64,000 nucleotides of DNA, from assembly GCF_028368995.1 (NCBI RefSeq), contig NZ_JAQNDL010000001.1, forward strand, positions 1,600,001 through 1,664,000. The letters are read 5' to 3'. A program made the position numbers and the translations under genes. Shown piece by piece: positions 60,140 through 64,000 of the stretch (position 1 is its first letter; every line of letters begins with the position of its first letter). Source of the stretch: Nannocystis bainbridge (lineage in GTDB: Bacteria; Myxococcota_A; Polyangia; Nannocystales; Nannocystaceae). The notes under the pieces were generated by a model. That model had not been told where the DNA came from. It made no database searches and saw only the letters and a list, made by a program, of their open reading frames with translations.

Positions 60140-62347
60140 TCACCCGGTCGTCTCGGCCGAGGCCGCGACGACCTGTGCGCGTGCGTACTCGAGCACCATT
60201 GCGTTGTCGGTGCGCAGCGCCCACTCCGCGGCGAGCACCGGAGTCGCCGCCCAGCGCTCCGCGGCGTGATCGACCAGGCGCGGCCATGTCGCCCCGCCCG
60301 CCCGCACGAAGCGCTCGACCAACTGCTCGAGCGCCGGCCGCCCGAAGCAGCCGAGGAACATCGCCAGGTCGACCGAGGGATCGGTCACCCGCGCCTCCGT
60401 CCAGTCGAGGATCCCGACCACGCTCCCGTCTGTCTCGAGGAGCATGTGCCCCGGGTGCAGGTCCCCGTGCACCAGCGCGACGTGCTGCGGCCACATCGTA
60501 TCGTCGGCGAGCCAGCGCTGCCAGCGCTGCCACACCGCCTCCGAGGGCTGCAGCGCCTCGCGGGTCGCGTCCATCGACCGCGACAGCGCCGCGCGCACCT
60601 CTGCGATCGTCGTCGTCGGCGCGCCCGCGCGGCTCGCCGTCTCCGGCGCGATCGACTGCAACGCCGCCAGCGCCCGCGCGAACGACTCGAGGAACGCCTC
60701 GCAGGGCGCCGCTGGATCGAGGATGTTCCACCGCGGGCCCTCCGGCGTCACCGTCACTGCCGGCGTACCGGAGAGCCGCGGGTACGCGATCACGTCGGGT
60801 GCGTGCACCCGCCAGTCGGGCGCGGCCACCGGCAGGCGCGGGCGCACCAGCCGGAGCACCCGCGCCTCCACGTAGGTCGACGCCGTCACCTCGAGGCGAC
60901 GCGGCGTCCGCACGATCCACGGCGTGCCCGCCTCGTCGCGCGCGTGCACGACCAGGAAATCGAGCCCCATGCGATCGAAGTCGGCGTCCTCGGCCTGCAG
61001 CTCGAGCCCGTGCCGGCGGACGACCGCCAGCAGCTCCGACGGGCTGGTGATCGGCCGCACCGTCGACAGCAGGCCGCGCCAGCGCTCGAGCGCAGCCGGC
61101 TGCGCGCGCACCCGAAGCAGCGTCCCGGCCTCGGTGTAATTCTCCGCGAGCACGCGGGCGTGCGCGCGCACCTCCCCGAGCAGATGCCCGTCCGTGAAGG
61201 GCACCTCGAGCACATCGTCGACCTGTGTCGCGTCGAACGCCTCGATCAGCGCCGCGCGCAGGCGTGCGACGTCCGCGGGGTCGTGCGCGCAGACCTGCAG
61301 CGCCGCCGGCAGCTCCTCGGCCAGCGCCGCGCGCGTCGCCGCGTCGACCCGGTCGATCTTGTTGAAGATCACCAGCGAGGGCACCGCCGCCGCGCCGATC
61401 GTCGCCAGCGCCTCGCGGGTCACCGCGAGCTGCGTGCGCCACTGCAGATCCGACGCATCGACGACGACGAGCAGGAGCCCCGCGTCGCGCGCCTCGGCGA
61501 GGGTCGCGTGGAACGACGCGACCAGCTCGTGCGGCAATTCGCGGATGAAGCCGACCGTGTCCGACACCAGGATCCGCGGCGCCGTCTCCGGCGAGAGCGC
61601 CCGCACCGTGGTGTCGAGGGTCGCGAAGAGCCGGTCCTCGACCAGCACTTCACTCCCGGTCAGCGCGCGCATCAGCGACGACTTGCCAGCGTTGGTGTAG
61701 CCGACCAGCGCCGCGCGAGGCTGATCCTTGCGGCGCGCCCGCTGCGTCTCCTCGGCGGCGCGCAGGCCCGCGAGCTCGCGGCGCAGCCCGGCGATCCGTT
61801 CACGGAGCTCTCGCTTCTTCAGGGTCACGTTGCTGTGACCGCGCTCGCCCCGGCCGCCGCCGCCGCCCTCGCGCCCGCCGAGCGACCTGTCCTCGCGGAC
61901 ACGCGGGAGCGCGTGCGTGAGCGCGGCGATCTCGACCTCGAGCTGCGCGACCCGGGTCCGCGCGTGTCGCTCGAAGATCCGGAGGATCACGCTCGCGCGG
62001 TCGATCACCTCGACGCCCGCGAGCGCCTCCTCGAGGGCGCGGAGCTGGACGGGGCTGCGCGAGTCGCTGACGACGAGGAGGAGCTGCTCCTCCTCGGCGT
62101 CACCGCGGACCTCGGCGACGCGCGCCGCGAGCTCCGCGAGCTTGCCCTCGCCGATCGACGGATCGGCGGTCCGGTGGCGCTGGATCACCGAGGCGACGAC
62201 GCGGATCCCGAGCTGGGCGAGCAGGTTCTCGAGCTCGCTCATGGCCGCCTGCAAGGACGCTTCGGTGTCGCCGGGGAACTGCCGGCCGAGCACGACGGCC
62301 CGCGGCGTGGGGCGCACGGTGGATGGATGCCTGGAATGTTTGGTCAT
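60140..62347 (-). CDS. hflX: HflX GTPase fused to a macrolide 2'-phosphotransferase-like (Mph/APH) kinase
   Basis: aa 1 to ~425: IDRASVILRIFERHART, GYTNAGKS, FATLDT, DTVGFI, NKID. aa ~430-735: RHGL...GLDF...WIVRTPRR...EARVL...PDWR...HGDLHPGH...LDWTEA. Single frame; AGGAG SD 8 nt upstream. Confidence 0.92.
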   Translation of the reverse strand: MTKHSRHPSTVRPTPRAVVLGRQFPGDTEASLQAAMSELENLLAQLGIRVVASVIQRHRTADPSIGEGKLAELAARVAEVRGDAEEEQLLLVVSDSRSPVQLRALEEALAGVEVIDRASVILRIFERHARTRVAQLEVEIAALTHALPRVREDRSLGGREGGGGGRGERGHSNVTLKKRELRERIAGLRRELAGLRAAEETQRARRKDQPRAALVGYTNAGKSSLMRALTGSEVLVEDRLFATLDTTVRALSPETAPRILVSDTVGFIRELPHELVASFHATLAEARDAGLLLVVVDASDLQWRTQLAVTREALATIGAAAVPSLVIFNKIDRVDAATRAALAEELPAALQVCAHDPADVARLRAALIEAFDATQVDDVLEVPFTDGHLLGEVRAHARVLAENYTEAGTLLRVRAQPAALERWRGLLSTVRPITSPSELLAVVRRHGLELQAEDADFDRMGLDFLVVHARDEAGTPWIVRTPRRLEVTASTYVEARVLRLVRPRLPVAAPDWRVHAPDVIAYPRLSGTPAVTVTPEGPRWNILDPAAPCEAFLESFARALAALQSIAPETASRAGAPTTTIAEVRAALSRSMDATREALQPSEAVWQRWQRWLADDTMWPQHVALVHGDLHPGHMLLETDGSVVGILDWTEARVTDPSVDLAMFLGCFGRPALEQLVERFVRAGGATWPRLVDHAAERWAATPVLAAEWALRTDNAMVLEYARAQVVAASAETTG

Positions 62348-62608
62348 ACGAAGGACTCCTGCGCTCGCGGCCCGTAGGCCCGAGCGAGCTGGGAAGCCCG
62401 TGCGCGCGGCTCATGTGCCCGGCGCGGCGAGACGACGTCTCGACGCGACTGCTTCTTCCGGCGGCATGAGACGCCGCGCCCGGGCATTCCGTGGGACTGA
62501 AAGGACGGAGATGCGGGCACGACGCCGCAGCACTCGCACTCGCACCGTGCGCGCCGGATCTGCCGGAACACGCGGTCTGCGAGCGGGTACTGCGGAGCTC
62601 AGCGCAGG
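62348..62608 (-). promoter_or_regulatory. Structured 5' leader, putative translational attenuator
   Basis: 8-bp inverted repeat 62601-62608 (RLR codons) / 62358-62365 (overlaps SD); hairpins at 62525-62595 and 62417-62485; competing UACG hairpin at 62362-62386. Confidence 0.7.
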
Positions 62609-62625
62609 CGGATGAAGAAAACCAT
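62599..62625 (-). CDS. Leader peptide MVFFIRLR (macrolide-arrest R-L-R motif)
   Basis: ATG GTT TTC TTC ATC CGC CTG CGC TGA, about 250 nt upstream of hflX-mph. Confidence 0.75.
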   Translation of the reverse strand: MVFFIRLR

Positions 62626-62634
62626 GTCGCGGCC

Positions 62635-62664
62635 AGAATGCCACCACTCGCCCCCGCCGCGCAA
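62635..62664 (-). promoter_or_regulatory. Putative sigma70-like promoter for the leader/hflX-mph transcript
   Basis: TTGCGC-18-CATTCT; the -10 ends 9 nt before the leader ATG, implying near-leaderless initiation. Confidence 0.45.
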
Positions 62665-62743
62665 GCGCCTTGTGTCGTCCCCCTGTCCTTCGCGGCGAAA
62701 CACCGCGAACGCGCGGGCGGCCAGCGGGCCGAAGCAGAGAGCG

Positions 62744-63211
62744 TCACTCGATGTCGACTCGCAGGATCGTCGCCTGGCCGTCGCGCTCGATGGCGAAGCG
62801 GCTGGTGCCCGCGCTCCGCAGGTGCTCGAAGGCCGCCTCGACGTCGGCGACGTCGACCACGGGGGCGTCATCGACCGCCGTGAACAGGTCGCCGTTCTTG
62901 AGGCCGACGAGCCCTGGCAGGCTGCCCGCGCGCAGGCCGTAGACGAAGACGCCGCGAGGGACGCCGTCGTCGAGGAAGGGGATCAGCCGGGCCTGCTTTC
63001 GCACGGGCAGCGCGTTGACGGCGAGCGTGTCGACGAATCGTTGATCGAGGGTGCACCGGACGTCGCGGCAGCGCGCGAGCAGTGAGACATCGCCCATCTG
63101 GGCGGCGGCGTCAGCGGACGGATCGGCGCCGGAGATGAGGAAGAACAGCACGCCGGCGCAGGAGAGGCCGGCGCAGAACGAACCGAGAGCGGAGCGGAAG
63201 GAATTGCCCAT
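62744..63211 (-). CDS. Membrane-anchored GspC-like PDZ protein
   Basis: N-terminal TM; ARLIPFLDDGVPRGVFVYGLRAGSL...GLKNGDL...IERDG. Confidence 0.75.
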   Translation of the reverse strand: MGNSFRSALGSFCAGLSCAGVLFFLISGADPSADAAAQMGDVSLLARCRDVRCTLDQRFVDTLAVNALPVRKQARLIPFLDDGVPRGVFVYGLRAGSLPGLVGLKNGDLFTAVDDAPVVDVADVEAAFEHLRSAGTSRFAIERDGQATILRVDIE

Positions 63212-63375
63212 GCGGCGAGGCTTAGCAATTCCGGTGCCACCATCACGCAGGCCCATCTGCCGAGCGAATCGCCTGCAGACGCCGTGAGAAGTCGACATTT
63301 TGTCATGCGCACGCCGTCGCCCGCGACGAAGCGAGCTCGACGCCCCGCCGGCGAGCCGGCGGAGAGAGTCTTTCA

Positions 63376-63399
63376 GGACATGTCCCGAAGAACATGCCC
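63376..63399. repeat. 14-bp-phased CATG pair
   Basis: ggacatgtcc-cgaa-gaacatgccc; cores at 63379, 63393. Confidence 0.85.
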
Positions 63400-63423
63400 C
63401 GAGAGCCACCCGGCGAGCACGAT

Positions 63424-64000
63424 TCACTGCGCCGCGGCGGCGAAGCGCACCGCCACCAGGCTGTGCGGCGGCAGCGTCAATTGCACGCGCTCGCCGTCCT
63501 GCACGAACGGGGCCGGCTCGACGGCGACCGGCTGGTACATCGTATTGTGCTCGGCCGACGGCGGGGCCCACTGGCTGGCGGCGGTCGCGGTCCAGCCGGG
63601 CGGGAGGTCGACGGTGAACGTGTGGCTCTGCTGGAGGTCGCGGTGGAGGGCGACCAGGCTGCCGGTCTCGCTGGCGGGGTCGACGAAGGCGGCGGCGTGG
63701 ACCAGCGGGACCTTGATCGTCTCGTCTGGTCCGAAGGACATGTCCCTCTCGACCTGCTTGGTGAACTCGAGCGGGGCGGCGCGCTCGAGCAGGTGCTCGC
63801 CGACGAGGCGGGTGGCGACATAGCTGGCCATCGGCGCGGCGGTGGCCTCGGGGCCGGCGCGGAACGGGTTGTACCAGGGCTCGAGCAGCGGGTCGCGGTC
63901 CGGGCGCTCGAGGCTCTCGAACTCGAGGGCGGCTTGCTGGCAGGCCGCCTCGACGCCGAGCTGGGCGTAGAGCAGCAACATGCCGGCGACGCCGAGGCCG
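63424..64000 (-). CDS. C-terminal part of a probable glycoside hydrolase (alpha-L-arabinofuranosidase C-domain-like), truncated by the window edge
   Basis: Ends HNT...PVAVEP...VQLTLPPHSLVAVRF, typical of GH51-like beta-sandwich tails. Confidence 0.6.
   Translation of the reverse strand, partial: GLGVAGMLLLYAQLGVEAACQQAALEFESLERPDRDPLLEPWYNPFRAGPEATAAPMASYVATRLVGEHLLERAAPLEFTKQVERDMSFGPDETIKVPLVHAAAFVDPASETGSLVALHRDLQQSHTFTVDLPPGWTATAASQWAPPSAEHNTMYQPVAVEPAPFVQDGERVQLTLPPHSLVAVRFAAAAQ

Overview
64 kb of very high-GC DNA typical of a myxobacterium (Nannocystis-like by inference: MYXO-CTERM protein, Ser/Thr kinase-TPR proteins, ECF sigma, many Thr/Ser-linker lipoproteins). About 45 CDS; no rRNA, tRNA, CRISPR or transposase recognised. 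Most long ORFs in the supplied track are antisense or off-frame shadows. Main highlight: one ORF fusing the ribosome-splitting GTPase HflX to a macrolide phosphotransferase-like (Mph) kinase (60140-62347, minus). It is preceded by a short leader peptide MVFFIRLR* whose RLR codons are complementary to the fusion gene's ribosome-binding site, consistent with a macrolide-sensing translational attenuator. Second highlight: a dispersed family of palindromic (G)GACATGTC(C) units in strict 14-bp phase at about 15 loci, mostly intergenic. Also present: an NLR-like NACHT protein, an EthR/EthA pair with operator, a two-domain deaminase, a frameshifted BNR lipoprotein and an oxidoreductase remnant. All calls come from reading motifs; no database search or folding was run.
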